From: the human T2T-CHM13v2.0 reference genome, Homo sapiens
Direction: 5' to 3' (one strand)
Length of the DNA: 64,000 nucleotides
Assembly: GCF_009914755.1 (NCBI RefSeq)
Contig: NC_060926.1
The stretch's first letter is position 1. Every line of letters begins with the position of its first letter. Below are positions 1 to 13,829 of this stretch, piece after piece. The notes below the pieces were generated by a model. It was given only the letters and a program-made list of their open reading frames with translations, had not been told where the DNA came from and ran no database searches. Made by a program: the position numbers and the translations under genes.

Positions 1-539
1 CATGATAAAATAAGTCTAAACATGCACACTGGTCAAACTGTCTTGCTAGTAACTAAGGTAGTTTTTCTTTCTTTTGGTGAGAGTTTTTGTTTTGTTTTGT
101 TGGAATATTTTTTACTCACTGGGCTAAGCATTTATAATAGCCTATCATGACTTTTACCAGAGTTCCCCTTTCACTTCAGCATAAATATATTAGTATACTG
201 TAATAGAAAATGCCAATTCAATGAGAAGGTAAAGAACAAGTAGCAGGCAGCATTTTATCCCATTTTTATTTTCACCCAAGTTTTAGTTTCTCTATAGGCG
301 ATTTTTATTTAGTGCCAAACTATTCTGGACTTTGCTTTAATCTGTGTAAGTTTACCAACAGGCTTTAGTTACAATGATGCTTTACAACAAATAAACATGC
401 CAACAAAGAAAAAGGAGAGAAATGCAACATGCAAAATATCACTGATAAGCCATGTGTAGCCTTGCCGAGAATATATACGTGTTATGTCACTTTGGATTGC
501 TTCTGTCTGTACCTTCATGTCCCCTCTCAACTACTGTTC

Positions 540-1215
<676 letters not shown>

Positions 1216-1600
1216 TTTTTTTCAGATGGTTTTTCCCTTTTCCTCAAATATTTCGACAATTGCTGTGCCATAAAATTAAATCAATTGTACCTTATGGTAG
1301 AAAGTAACTATGTATTCAATTCCTTTTCTCATACATTTCTTTATTTGATTCGCCAAATAACTCTAAGATTGGTAGAACAGTTTTCAATGGCCCTATTTAT
1401 GGTTTGGAAAATAAAGGCTTAGAGGGAAGAAGTAATTGGACTATAGTCAGCATATAGATCCAGGACCCCTTAAGTTTATGATTTCTTCTTCAAGACTCTG
1501 TTCCTTAAACCATGCTATGAGAGTATACTGCAAACACCTACACAACATTTGATTATGACCACAAGATAACAACCATAAATTCTGCGTATGCAGAATCTAA

Positions 1601-2125
<525 letters not shown>

Positions 2126-2739
2126 ACCTAAACAAACAAACAAACAAATCCAAACTTTCTTTACAGTTGCCTGACTGTGGTGCTCAAATTAAATAACCTA
2201 AATGTGTCTGAAGCCTCTCCGAAATTACATATTAAAGATTAAATAATTTCAGGCCTTATTTTTGTAAAATATCCATGAAGGGTATTTTGGGTAACTCTAA
2301 GTTAACCAGAATATTAAAATAATCATAGCATGTCATTCTATGATTAATCTGGAAAACAGAAGAATTTCTCAGCTTGTTATATTATTTTTTAAAAAACTTC
2401 TCTTTAAATAATGTTTTGAAAATAAATTTACTCCAAAGGGATGCTAGAGAGGTAGTTTAACTTTCCTTTCTACTTCCAGAAAATATACCAAGCAAAATAT
2501 GGAACACTGAGCCCAAAGACCAGAAATTTTTAAGTTAAAAGTTGGTTTTAACTTAAAGAAAAGAAAAAATCAACCTTGAGGGTATTTTGCATACAAGTCA
2601 TTAATGCATACTGCATCAAATATTTGCTTCAATAAAGGTGTTTATCAGAAAAAAAAAAGTTTATTGCTACTTGTAACCTAACTATTTTAAATTAGTGAAA
2701 ACAAGTAACAGAGAGAGGCTAGAAATCTATTTCTTATTG

Positions 2740-3308
2740 TGAGGCTTCTGGAAGCCAGGGATTATAGTGAGCAGCTCTAATTTTTCACCAGTCCCATTTC
2801 CACCCAGCAGGACCATGAATCGTATGTCCTGGCCTCCTGCTCCAGGGGGCTGAGTATGTTATTCCCATTGGCCAATTAGCATAAATCACTTTCCCAGCCA
2901 CAGAGATTGAGTCACAGATGGACCTGTTAGCCAAGCAAGGCCAAATCAGAATCTTTTGTTGGGAATGGATATTGATATTGATAGCATAACACATTACTAT
3001 CTTCTGAGCTTTGACTTTTAAAGACCTTATGAGCTTGAAATGGCCACTGGTCATTTTCACCACACAAGAACAATCTGCCTGAGCACGGAGTCAACACAAA
3101 AGCAAGCAGAGTAGGGACAGAGGGAGTGAGATAGCCTCCTGGTAGCCTCTATCTAAGTACCCAGATCAAGGCCACAATGGAAATTAGCCAGCCCCTCTAT
3201 TTCCCTTTTATGTGACTCACTGCTTACTTCCACCTTCCATGTAGTTTTTGGTAAAGCAGTTTGAATAGGGACTTGTCACTTACAGTTGGAAGAGTCCTGA
3301 CTAATTCA
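2740..3308 (+). mobile_element. Old MaLR LTR (MLT1J/K-like)
   Basis: 'gggccaaatcagaatc', 'gaacaatctgcctgag' and a terminus 'tgtcacttacagttggaagagtcctgactaattca' typical of MLT1 3' ends. Confidence 0.6.
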
Positions 3309-3339
3309 TGGTGCAAAGAAGAGTGTATAAATAGAGACG

Positions 3340-4750
3340 TTTATTCATTGAACATGTATATATCCAATGCCTATCATGGACAAAGCCCGAAAACTAGATG
3401 TTTCCACTAGAATGATATAAGCGCATAGGGAAGGCTGGTGGGAGAGGATGGAGTTAGGCAGGTGGAGCCTGCTATTCAGAGAACATTGTGGCATGTACTG
3501 AATGGCCCTGTAGTATCAAGAGGCACATTTGCTCAGGCATTCATCAAAGAATTATTCATATCAATACTCACTCTGTGTTCTTGGCACAGAGGAGACAAGG
3601 GAGGGAAAAATGAAACATTGCCCCTTCCCTCGTGGAGCTTACAGGCTCACAAGGAAGGTAGAATTCAATCAAATAACCTCACAGAACTAAGTACAACTGC
3701 AATGGAATGGAACAGAAGGGAAGGGAAGGGAAGGGAAGGGAAGGGAAGGGAAGGGAAGGGAGGGGAGGGGAGGGGAGGGTAAGGAGAGAGTGCAATGCTA
3801 TATTAAGAAACAAGTGAGAACAGTCATTTGACCTAGTTCAGGAGGTCAGGGAAGATTTGTGTGAGAACGTGTCCATAGCCATTGGCCAGGAGAAGATGAG
3901 TGGGAAGAGCTCATGTGAAGGGAAAATGAGTAGCAAGAGTGAAAGAAGGTTGGCATGTCTGGAGCACTGAGAATGTGAGGGGAGTTGAAGGTAGAGGAGT
4001 GTCATCCTCCTGCATTCTAGATAAAGTGACCTGGGGCAGTTCCCATCCACACCTGCGGTCCCTAGTAATTATTAAGAGTGCCCTTTTATCTCAAAAAAAA
4101 AAAAAAAAAGAATCCAGATCAAACATTAAATACTATAGTCCCGTGATCAAAAACCAAATTAGGCTAATGGCAATGTGGTGAAATCCTAATAATGTCTGGA
4201 GTCCAGTTATTAGTAATGCACCAGTGCTAATTTGTTTGTTTTGACAAATGCAACCCAGAGTGATTTAAGATATTAACTGGGCAAGGGATATCCAGGAGTC
4301 ATCTGTACTATAATTGAAATTTTTCTATGAATCTACAAGTATCCCATTATTGTTTATTTAAAAAATAAAACAACACCAGCAACAACAAAAAGGTAGAATG
4401 ACCAAAGGAAAGAAAGTTAAGGAGTTTCGTTTTTATCTTAAGGAGAAGAGAAAGGTACTAAAGAGTTGAAGCATGGTGGAGTGGCGAGGAGAAGAGTCCT
4501 CAGATCTGTGTTTAAACAAAGCCACTCTAGCTGCAGGTGGGGAACAAACTGGAGGGTGCCTGAGTGACTACAGTGAGATTGGTCTGGGGCCATCTTAGTA
4601 GCTCAAGGAGCGATGACAGTACCTTGGACCAGGAGATAAAGAGAATGGCTAGATACAGGGCCATTTTGAGGATGAAATAAGCAGTAGTTTTTGTGGACTG
4701 CATATGGGATGCAGGAGAGGGAGGAGTCAGGAATGAAACCTAGGTTTCTG
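3340..4750 (-). mobile_element. Fragmented L2 LINE with a (GGAAG)n tract at 3716-3780 and an L1M 3'-end insert at about 4130-4370
   Basis: L2-like 'ttgccccttccctcgtggagcttaca', 'tcaggaggtcagggaag' and 'gagggaggagtcaggaatgaaacctaggtttctg'. The L1MC-type 3' end reads 'ttttgacaaatgcaacc..ctgtactataattgaaatttttctatgaatcta'. Confidence 0.6.
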
Positions 4751-7399
4751 TACATTTGTTTACGAGTAGGAGTCTGGGGGGACCACACACAGGACCCTTC
4801 TGTGAGAAGGCCATCCAGGAAGTTGGGGAAGGGTGGATGGGTCCTGATACGGAGCTGAAGGGTGAGAGGACAGCTATCAAGCCCCTGCAAGGATTGGCAA
4901 GAGCCAGACAGCACCTCAGTTTAAGCACCAGTGGAACATCCAGCAGGTTATCAAGACAATGTGTCAGGCTCCTCAGAGCAAAGGGAGGGCCGAAAGAATC
5001 ACATCAAAGTCCTGCTCCTCAAATGGGAACCCAAAGCCATGATAGCATTTGCCACCATAGAAACACGGTTCAGTGTGGTGATGAGTCCTGCTCTGTGAAC
5101 CTCCGTCTAGCCTCAGCCTACATATCCAGCATGGAGTGGGGCAGATCTACAAGGAGGAAAGAACTTCTGTGAAGAGAGGCATTGCCTAGGGGTGAGGGAC
5201 TTTGCAGGCCCCCAGACCTCTAGGGCAAGACCCCAGAACAGTACCTGGCACATAGTAGACACTCAATATCAGTTGAGGGAAAGAAGGAATGGATAAAAGA
5301 TACTGAGCATTGATCCCCTCACCTGTGAAATCAGCCCAATAATATATCACTGATAGTCTGAAAAAGGCTAAAATTAGTTGGCAGTGTTGTCTGCAGGGCT
5401 GAGCTCATGAAAAGCACTAGAGAAGCTATAGCCATGAAGGGATGAAGGTCTGGGAAAAAATATACGTCATTTTTGTTTATTTATCTGCAGTGACCAGGAC
5501 ATTGCCTTTAATTAGCAATCTAATTATATATTGGGACATTAAAAATGTACAAATGGGGCATGAGGATTTTATTCCTTGTGGACAAGGCCACAAGTGTATT
5601 ATTCACCACTGCATCTCAGGCAATGTAATCCACTGCATGTTTAACAAATAACTGACATAGAATTTATTTATTTAATTCCTCTCCTGCAGCCAACAGAGTA
5701 TCTCTCTTCGGGAAGGTGACCTCTGTAGTTCTTTTCTTCCCCCCCACCCCTTGGCTGGGGTTGTTTTTCTCTCCAATTATAGTGAAAGTGGGTGGAAAGT
5801 ATTGGTTCTCTCTGTCCCTGAAAGGAATTCACTTACTTCACTGTCATGGTCCACAGTGACCAAGCTTTGCCTCATAAGCACCACAGCTTCCCCCAAGCCC
5901 TGGGAATGAATGAATTACCCTTGGGGTGGGTTGTGCAAGAAGAAAAGCCTGCCTGTTCCAGGAATAGCCTCCACATCCAGGAGAAGTGACAGCACCTGTT
6001 GGTGACTCTCAGAGAGTTGGCTGGGATGGCAAGGCAGACTGAGAGGCACAAATTCTGAGGCTGGTTTTTGAGCCTGTTAAGCTCCTGAAGGGGAAGCCCA
6101 GTGGATGGAACTGGCTATGATTTGTTGCTGCCTGGTTGGAATATGAGTTGGGCTCCCTGGAAGCTGCAACCCTGCTTAATTTACCTGTCAGATAGCCTGA
6201 TGAATTTGCCCATAGAGTTTTTAAATAGAAGATAAAGCCCTTCACTCTGTAAGGCTTTCCTCTTCAGTGGGGAACATAGCCATCACTTGCGTGGATCGAT
6301 GTGGCTAATTCAGGGCTCTTCAGCCCCACCCTGTTGAGTACTCTACCTCAGCTCTGTAAATATAATTCTTTGGAATGGAATTCAAAAGATTGCCCATTGT
6401 GTGCTCAGTTTATTTTCCAGTGAAGGCTCCAAGAAGCCAGGTCACCAGTCGCCGCTAGCTGGTGCTCTGCTAGCGTGCCCCGTGGCAGTAGCTGAGTGCC
6501 ATCCAATGAAAGTGGCTGGACTCAGGGACCCAGAGGAGCTCAGGGGGCAAGGAGAGCTCACACAGGTAGAGTGCTCAGCCCCACATCATGACTGTTCACT
6601 AATTTTCAGCCTTCTTTGGCCCACTTCCCTAAAAGTTCTATGCACCATTCCTGTCCTTTCATTAGAAAACATGTTTTTGGGATAGGGATTAAAAAAACAG
6701 ACAATTCTTGGAGATACCTGGTCTCCTCTGTCCTTCCACATGAGAGATAAGGAAGAAGAAACATGGAATTCTAGGTTCAGGGCACCCATTAATCTGCAAT
6801 ACTTGGACTATGCCTTTCAACAAAAACTGAAGAATCTAATTTAAAGTCACTAATAAACACAAATAAGTCTGTTGGATTCATGATTCTATAGCAACTGTTA
6901 AGTACTAATGTAAATTTACATAACATCATCTTGATCTTTTCTTTGCCAGCAATAATGTATAATTCTATTCATCTCAACAAAGTGCATTGTATACAGAAAT
7001 TTTCCCATTTAATAAAATATTAATTTTGCCTCTTTTAAAAACTGCTCATTTTTTTCAGTAACAAATGGATAATTCAGTTTCTTCTGGTGGAAAAAAATAT
7101 TAAGAACAAAATACTTATGTTCATATGATCAGTGTGTAATTGTTTTTAACATCTATATTGATATAAAATAAATAATTTTAAGAAGGTAAAAAATACAAAG
7201 CACTTTTTAATCCTCTTTAAACAATACATAAGTAGGTTAAGGGGTTTCCTGAAAACAGTTTACATTTTAAAATTTTATAACAATTAAAAATATGCTCCAA
7301 AGCATAAACACATGTTCTTAATCAACATTCTTTTAATAATGAACTAAGACAGAATTTTTCTTTTTTTCTTTTTTTACCATGGTTCCAATATTATAAGTC

Positions 7400-8080
7400 A
7401 TAAAGGAAAGATTGGGTAGAGTAAAATGAAAAGTTTTGTAGGAAAGGAAAGAAAAAAATACAGAAAGTCAAAAATCAAACAACACCCTAGAAAACCACTG
7501 GCAACTTAAGACAGAGTATTGCTATCTTTAACATACAATTAATTCTCACATATCAGTAAGAAACAAAAATCTAGCCAGCAATCACAATATAAAAATAGCA
7601 TAGGAAGTTGTAAAGGCAATTCACCAAGGAAGTGCAAATAGCCAACATATTCTGGAAATATACTCACTAATAATTTAAAAAGCTAAAATTCAGATTTGCA
7701 AAAATGTAAAGAATTAGTATGCATTTGAAAACAATTAGTACACATGTGAAGGATTGGTCATGTTCATGAATTATTGATACACGTCTCAATTTTATTTGTT
7801 TCTGGAGAGCACTTTAGGAAACTGAATAAAAACTTTTACCTATCTACATTGTCACACAAATTTCATTTGTAGGAATCTATTCTTTAAAAAATATTTAGGC
7901 AAATAATAGTCAAGGTTGCTCAGTGAGGTATTGTTGGGTACATTGTGAAAAACAGCATAACTGTCCATTAATAGTGATTTGATCAATTAGTTATGATACT
8001 ATATGATACATACAGGGATATATGCAGCCATTTAAAATGTCATTAATCTATAGGTATTGAAACAGATATTTCTTTAAGGT
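7400..8080 (+). mobile_element. Highly decayed L1M ORF2/3' remnant
   Basis: A-rich strand with L1-like motifs 'aggcaattcaccaaggaagtgcaaatagccaac', 'tttgtaggaatctattct' and 'tatgcagccattta'. Confidence 0.55.
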
Positions 8081-8086
8081 TACAAT

Positions 8087-8122
<36 letters not shown>

Positions 8123-8123
<1 letters not shown>

Positions 8124-8434
8124 ATTAAGAAACAGCACATGTTACTTATGGTTTCAGAAATTGAAAACTATGACTTATCAAAAAAATCCAAAAATTATTT
8201 TAAAAAAACATTTAGGGGAAATACTATCATCCAACAGATTTTAGTTTCTATTATTCCCCAGCCTCAAACAAATATACATAATTATTTGCATATTCAATTT
8301 GTATTTATTTCTTAAGTACCTTATTTAAAAGATACTTACTTATCCTTTTGGCAGGGACAGATTTTTAAAGATTTTGGTTTATATCTTGTTTGTAATGATA
8401 TTAAGTTTTTATTTCTAAGGGGACTGCAAATGAC
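8123..8434 (+). repeat. Local duplication, copy 1 (partner 9846-10161)
   Basis: Colinear similarity over about 310 bp, e.g. 'aaaaaaacatttaggggaaatac', 'ttatttgcatattcaattt', 'ttatatcttgtttgtaatgatatt' and 'actgcaaatgac' in both copies. Confidence 0.95.
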
Positions 8435-8619
8435 AGCCCTGTGCTTTCCACTTGAGAGTGATGCTGCTGACCCCTCCACCAAGTTTCACCCTCAGGGAAG
8501 TGAAATCACTATGGATGCTATTTTTTTCATTTGTGAACTAATGTTGATTCACTTATATTTTCTTAAATGCCTGCATACATGTATAAATAATTAAACAGAG
8601 TCAATAGGATTTAATTAGG

Positions 8620-9845
8620 GGATACATTTCCCCTATAGTGACTAAAATAGAGTGAAGAACATGAGGACTTGGTATGTAAGGACAATGTTCAAAAACATTG
8701 GCTGGTATATGCTTTTGCTTTGCAGATGAGTGGGCCTGAAAGCAAGGACAGCAACAAGCATATTCACAACCTAGATGGTGATCTATCTCATTTTCCATTA
8801 AAGAGAACCAAAGGTTCTCAGAGAAATGGCTGACTCTAGGACTGGGACAAGGAATACATATGATAAGCCTGGAACATTTTGTTGTGCCAGAAATTAAGAA
8901 AGTGTTAAACACGCCAACACACAATCATGCACAATGGCTGCATATCTCAAAGGGATACAGAGGACAACTGAAAGAACTCCCAATGGCCAAAGCTGGAACA
9001 ATTTGAACAACAAATAAATACCATAGTACTGGATTCTAACCCAAAGTATAATATATATAGGGATGAGTCCATACTGATGTAAATATATGACTGAATAAAT
9101 AAATAGGAGAAAAGAGACAATCTCCTATGCAGAGGAATTTCAAACAACTTAGATAGATACTCTGTACCCAAGGAGAGGAAGCATAACTCCCCACTCCACA
9201 AGTGTGAGCTGATTACAGTGCCATGTTTTTGAAAGGTACAGTTTGGAAAGTAAAAACAATAAAATAAAAATAAAGAGTAATTTTACAGTGGAGAAATCTG
9301 ACACACACTACCTCAGCCAGGTGATCAAGGACAACATAAGCCATGATAAGTCATGTTCATAGGGTGTGTCCTTGGTAGGATGTGATGAGATGGAACTTTA
9401 CCTCTGTGTTTTTCACTCTCTAAGCATATTATCACAGCCTAATTTTGAGAAAAAACATCAGACAAATCCCAATGGAGAGACACTCTACAAAACAACCAAC
9501 CGGTATATGCCTCAAAATTCTCAAGGACATCAAAAATCGGGAGAGTCTGAGATGTATTCATAGTCAAGAAGAGCCCAGGCAGACTAAGATGAAATGTAAT
9601 ATGGTATCTTGTAGCAGATCCCAGAACAGAAAAAAAGAGCCTTGGTAAAAATTGACAAATCTGAATAAAGTATAGACTTTGGTTAATAATGATGTAACAG
9701 TATTTGCTCATTGGTTGTGACAAATGTACCATATTAATTTAAGATGTTAAATTAGGGGAAATCAGTGTGGAGCCTATGAGAACTCTGTGTACTATCTTTG
9801 CAACTTTTCTGTAAATCTAACATTATTCTTTAAACAATTTTTTTT
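8620..9845 (+). mobile_element. L1MC/L1MD-type 3' UTR fragment
   Basis: 'gagaaatggctgactctaggactgggacaagg', 'aatggccaaagctggaacaatttgaacaac', 'cacactacctcagccaggtgatcaagg' and a terminus 'gaactctgtgtactatctttgcaacttttctgtaaatcta'. Confidence 0.8.
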
Positions 9846-10161
9846 TATTAAAAACAGCATGTATTGCTTTTGGTTCCAGAAATTAAAAAGTGAGCAACTT
9901 ACCAAAAAATTCAAAAATTATTAAAAAACATTTAGGGGAAATACCACACACAGTCCAACTGATTTTAATTTCTATTATGTCCCAAACTCAAACAAATATG
10001 CATAGTTATTTGCATATTCAATTTCTATTCATTTCTTAAATACCTTATTTAAAAGATATTTACTTACCTTTTTGGCAGGGACATATTTTTAAAGGAGATT
10101 TTTATTTATATCTTGTTTGTAATGATATTTAGTTTGTATTTCTAAGGACACTGCAAATGAC
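9846..10161 (+). repeat. Local duplication, copy 2 (partner 8123-8434)
   Basis: Same colinear matches as copy 1. Confidence 0.95.
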
Positions 10162-10164
10162 TGA

Positions 10165-10356
10165 TTAAATGAAGTTTATCCTGATCACTCTAAAAAATAA
10201 CTACCCTGACCACTCTTTTAAAAATTGTTATTTTTTTAAAATTGTTATCTTTTAAAGAGTGGTCAGGGAAGTTACTTTTTTAAATGATTGTTATTTTAAA
10301 CAATTGTTTTAAAAAATGTTATTTTTTAAAGAGTGGTCAGGGCAGACTTCATTTAA
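10165..10356. repeat. Nested double inverted repeat (palindrome)
   Basis: 10165-10201 is the near reverse complement of 10318-10356, and 10198-10220 is the near reverse complement of 10253-10274. Confidence 0.9.
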
Positions 10357-10800
10357 GCATTCATATTGAACAGGGATGTAAAAACAGTAAGGAAGCCAGT
10401 TGTGTGGATATCTAGGGACAGCCTGTGTAAAGGCAGCATGTGACTGGCTCTTCCCTTTTAAGGGGGGAACAGAGAGACCAGTGCCCTAGCAGTGGTCAGG
10501 GTTGGGAGCTGGGGATGGTAGTGAGAAAAGAGGTCAGAGAGGACAGAGGGCAGTGGGGGGTAGCATATATAGGACCCATAGCATATATAGACCCATAAGC
10601 CATTTCAATACCTTTGCCTGAGTAAGAAGAGTGGCCACTGGAAGCTTTCAAGCAGAAAAGCAGAACCCAACTCCCTTTGGAAAGATTCACTCTGTCTGAT
10701 ATGACTGTGAAAGGCAAGGATGAAATAGGCTGTTTTGGTCATTCAGTTGAGAGGTGATGGTGACTGGGACCACTTTAACAGTGGAGGTGATAAGAAGCAA
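10330..10800 (-). mobile_element. L2 LINE fragment
   Basis: 'gagtggtcagggcagacttc', 'gaggtcagagag', 'ccactggaagctttcaagcag' and 'cagttgagaggtgatggtgactgggac'. Confidence 0.65.
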
Positions 10801-10895
10801 TTACATTTGATAAAAGCAGTTATATTTCAAAGTTCTTTTTATCCAATTAGATATAAGATAAGAGAAAGAGAAGCATCAAAAATAATTCAAAAAAC

Positions 10896-11241
10896 GACCA
10901 GGCATGGTGGCTCACACCTGTAATCCCAGCACTTTGGGAGGCCAAGGCAGGAAGATCACTTGAGCTCAGGAGTTTGAGACCAGCCTTGGCAACATGGCAA
11001 AATCCTGTCTCTACAAAAAATACACACACACACGCATACACACACACACACACACACACACACTCATACACACACACACAAATTAGCTGGGCTTGGTGGC
11101 ATGCGCATATCTGTGGTCCTAGCTACTAAGGGGATCATTTGAGCCTGGGATGTTGAGACTGCAGTGAGCTGAGATTGTGCCATTGTACTCCAGCCTGGGT
11201 GACAAAGTAAGACCCCGTCTCAAAAAAAAAAACAAAAAAAA
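10896..11241 (+). mobile_element. AluJ with a (CA)n microsatellite in the central linker (11021-11080)
   Basis: J diagnostics 'gatcacttgagctcagg' and 'gagactgcagtg'. There is a deletion in the right arm. Confidence 0.9.
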
Positions 11242-12078
11242 TCAAGAAACTATGTTTTGTGTTATGCATTTACACCCTAACTTATATCAAAGAACGTTAG
11301 GGGATTTGCCATATTTCACAAATCAACATGTAAGTCCCTTCATTAATGCAATGGCAGTTATGCTCTGTCCATTGCTCCACTCTGTGGTTTGGTATTTCCT
11401 GCATCCAGTCTTAGGGCTTCTTCCTGCATGGTATGTTTTGTCCTATTGTTTAGCCTTGAGGCTCCAGTAAAGCAACAAGTGGGCTGAAAGCAACTTTCCC
11501 AGAAAGGACAAAGCCTTGGGGTGCAGAGAGATCTTATTAGTGGGAAACTGCTCCTAGGAGAGGAAAACACTATGATGCAAAAAGCATGTGTTTTCTGCTT
11601 TTCCTGAATAAAACAAGAACCTACACATTATATTTTCAAAGGCAGAAATATGTGTAAATGTAATTTCAGGAAACCGTGCATTTATCCATTGAACACTCAA
11701 TTCAGGCTAATGACACCCATTCTTGTCTTAATGACCATACTAGGAAATTTTCTTTCATTATTATTAAGTAATTGAACTTTTTAAAAAAAATTATTATTTT
11801 TCATTTTAAAAATGAAGAAAATATTTTAAGTTACACAAATAGACGCTGCTCTATGGACAAAAGTTCCAATTTTCCTGAAATTGAACTGTAAACATATATT
11901 TGGCACTGCCATATTATAGTTTAAAATATTCATTGACCATGTGAAGAATGAAAGTCTGAATGGGACATGCAAGTGACCTAAGGTAACAGTATAAAAGTAG
12001 GAACCACACAAAGGGAAGCTGCACAGAAGTTGAGGATAGCCTATGTAAAGCTGGAGAGAAGTTCGTCTTTGATAATGA

Positions 12079-12410
<332 letters not shown>

Positions 12411-13829
12411 GCTCCTGGCATTTTTACCTTCCCTCGGATGGGCCTGACAAATTCACGCTTCTCAGGAACATTTTAATACTGGCCACCTTCGAGCAAATAA
12501 ATCAATTTAAATTGTTGATGTAGTCTCCGTGTTTTGAAAATGGGCATAATCATACTCAGAACTTAAATCACTGTAAGGATTCAGTGACATTATATATAAA
12601 GTATTTAACGCTATGTCAGATGCATGTTCAACAAATTGTTAATTACAATAGCAATTGAACAATTATCAATTACAATAGCAATAGAAAACTTATAAATTAT
12701 AATAACAGTTGATATAATTATCAATAACAAATTATCAATCATTATTATTAGTTGTGAAATTTAGGGCACTTTGAGAAGACCCCAAAAGACTGTCATAACA
12801 TACTTTATAGACAGGAGAAAAATCCTTCTAATAAAACTGTCCTCAATATAAACTACAACCCCGCGTTCAGCTACACAAGGACACGGAACAGTGACATGAG
12901 AGACAATTATGTCAATATGGCCACCATCCCTATTTTCCAAAGTCCTGATTTCAGACACTGCCTTTGCTTGTTTCCATATACCATATTTCAGTGTCAAACA
13001 GCAGCTCCCAGCTTGCCTCTGACATTCTGAATTAGCATAAAATATTGTTGTCAAATCATATGTTCCCATTTTTAATTGTCAAAGAATTGTTTGCAATAAT
13101 ATCAAGTTTAATGGCTGCACACCCATCACGTCACCTGACATATCTGTATTCCATTTAACACCCCATTGTCTCTGCATTACAGAAGTAGGCTCCAAGAAAG
13201 AAAGGAAATCAGCCCGTACATCTGAGCTTTCAGTCCAAAGGCAGAGAAGCAGTGCAGAGCAAGCAGGAAATGCAGGGTGCTACTCGCAGCCTAGAGCAAT
13301 CAATGCAAATCTATGCCACCGTTAGAAGGTGTTTAATTCCAATAATAGACATCCTGTGATTGATGAATCTTTCGCAGCTGTTTTCTATGTAGCTGCTTAA
13401 TTAAAGCCTGCTGGCAGAGGTGGTTACTCACTTCAGCAAGTTGCTGACCCCAGAGTATCCCACTTGGCTGCCAGCAGATTGAAAGGAGTGGCTAGGCCAT
13501 ACGTTGGGGCCTAAGAGTTGGTGTGAAGTCAGTGCATAATGTGATGCGTCAATTTCCATCAGCTTCCTAATAACACCAACACACTGACAAATACAGCACT
13601 AGGTGGTGGCTAATTCCATGGTCATTTCTGTCTTGCCTTTGACATGGTCACCTAGAAATGCTTCCCTAGTGATCAAGCTTAATCCCATGGAAAGGCTTTG
13701 TCAAGAACCTCAAACTAACCGCCCTTAGGTAATATCATAACCACATCATAACATAGTATCATAACTAGTCATCAGAGATGACTGTTGCTTGCACGTAAAT
13801 TTATTTGGGTACTGTCCTGTACTCCAGGT

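Noticed and set aside
2529-2557. Perfect 12-bp hairpin tttaagttaaaa-gttgg-ttttaacttaaa
   Set aside because: Short and AT-rich with no functional context. Bacterial-style terminators are irrelevant here.
8089-8120. Isolated A32 tract as a retrocopy tail
   Set aside because: No attached SINE or mRNA body and no clear TSD. More simply an expanded mononucleotide run.
13595-13612. CTCF-like 'gcactaggtggtggc'
   Set aside because: Mismatches at core positions; cannot be supported without ChIP data.
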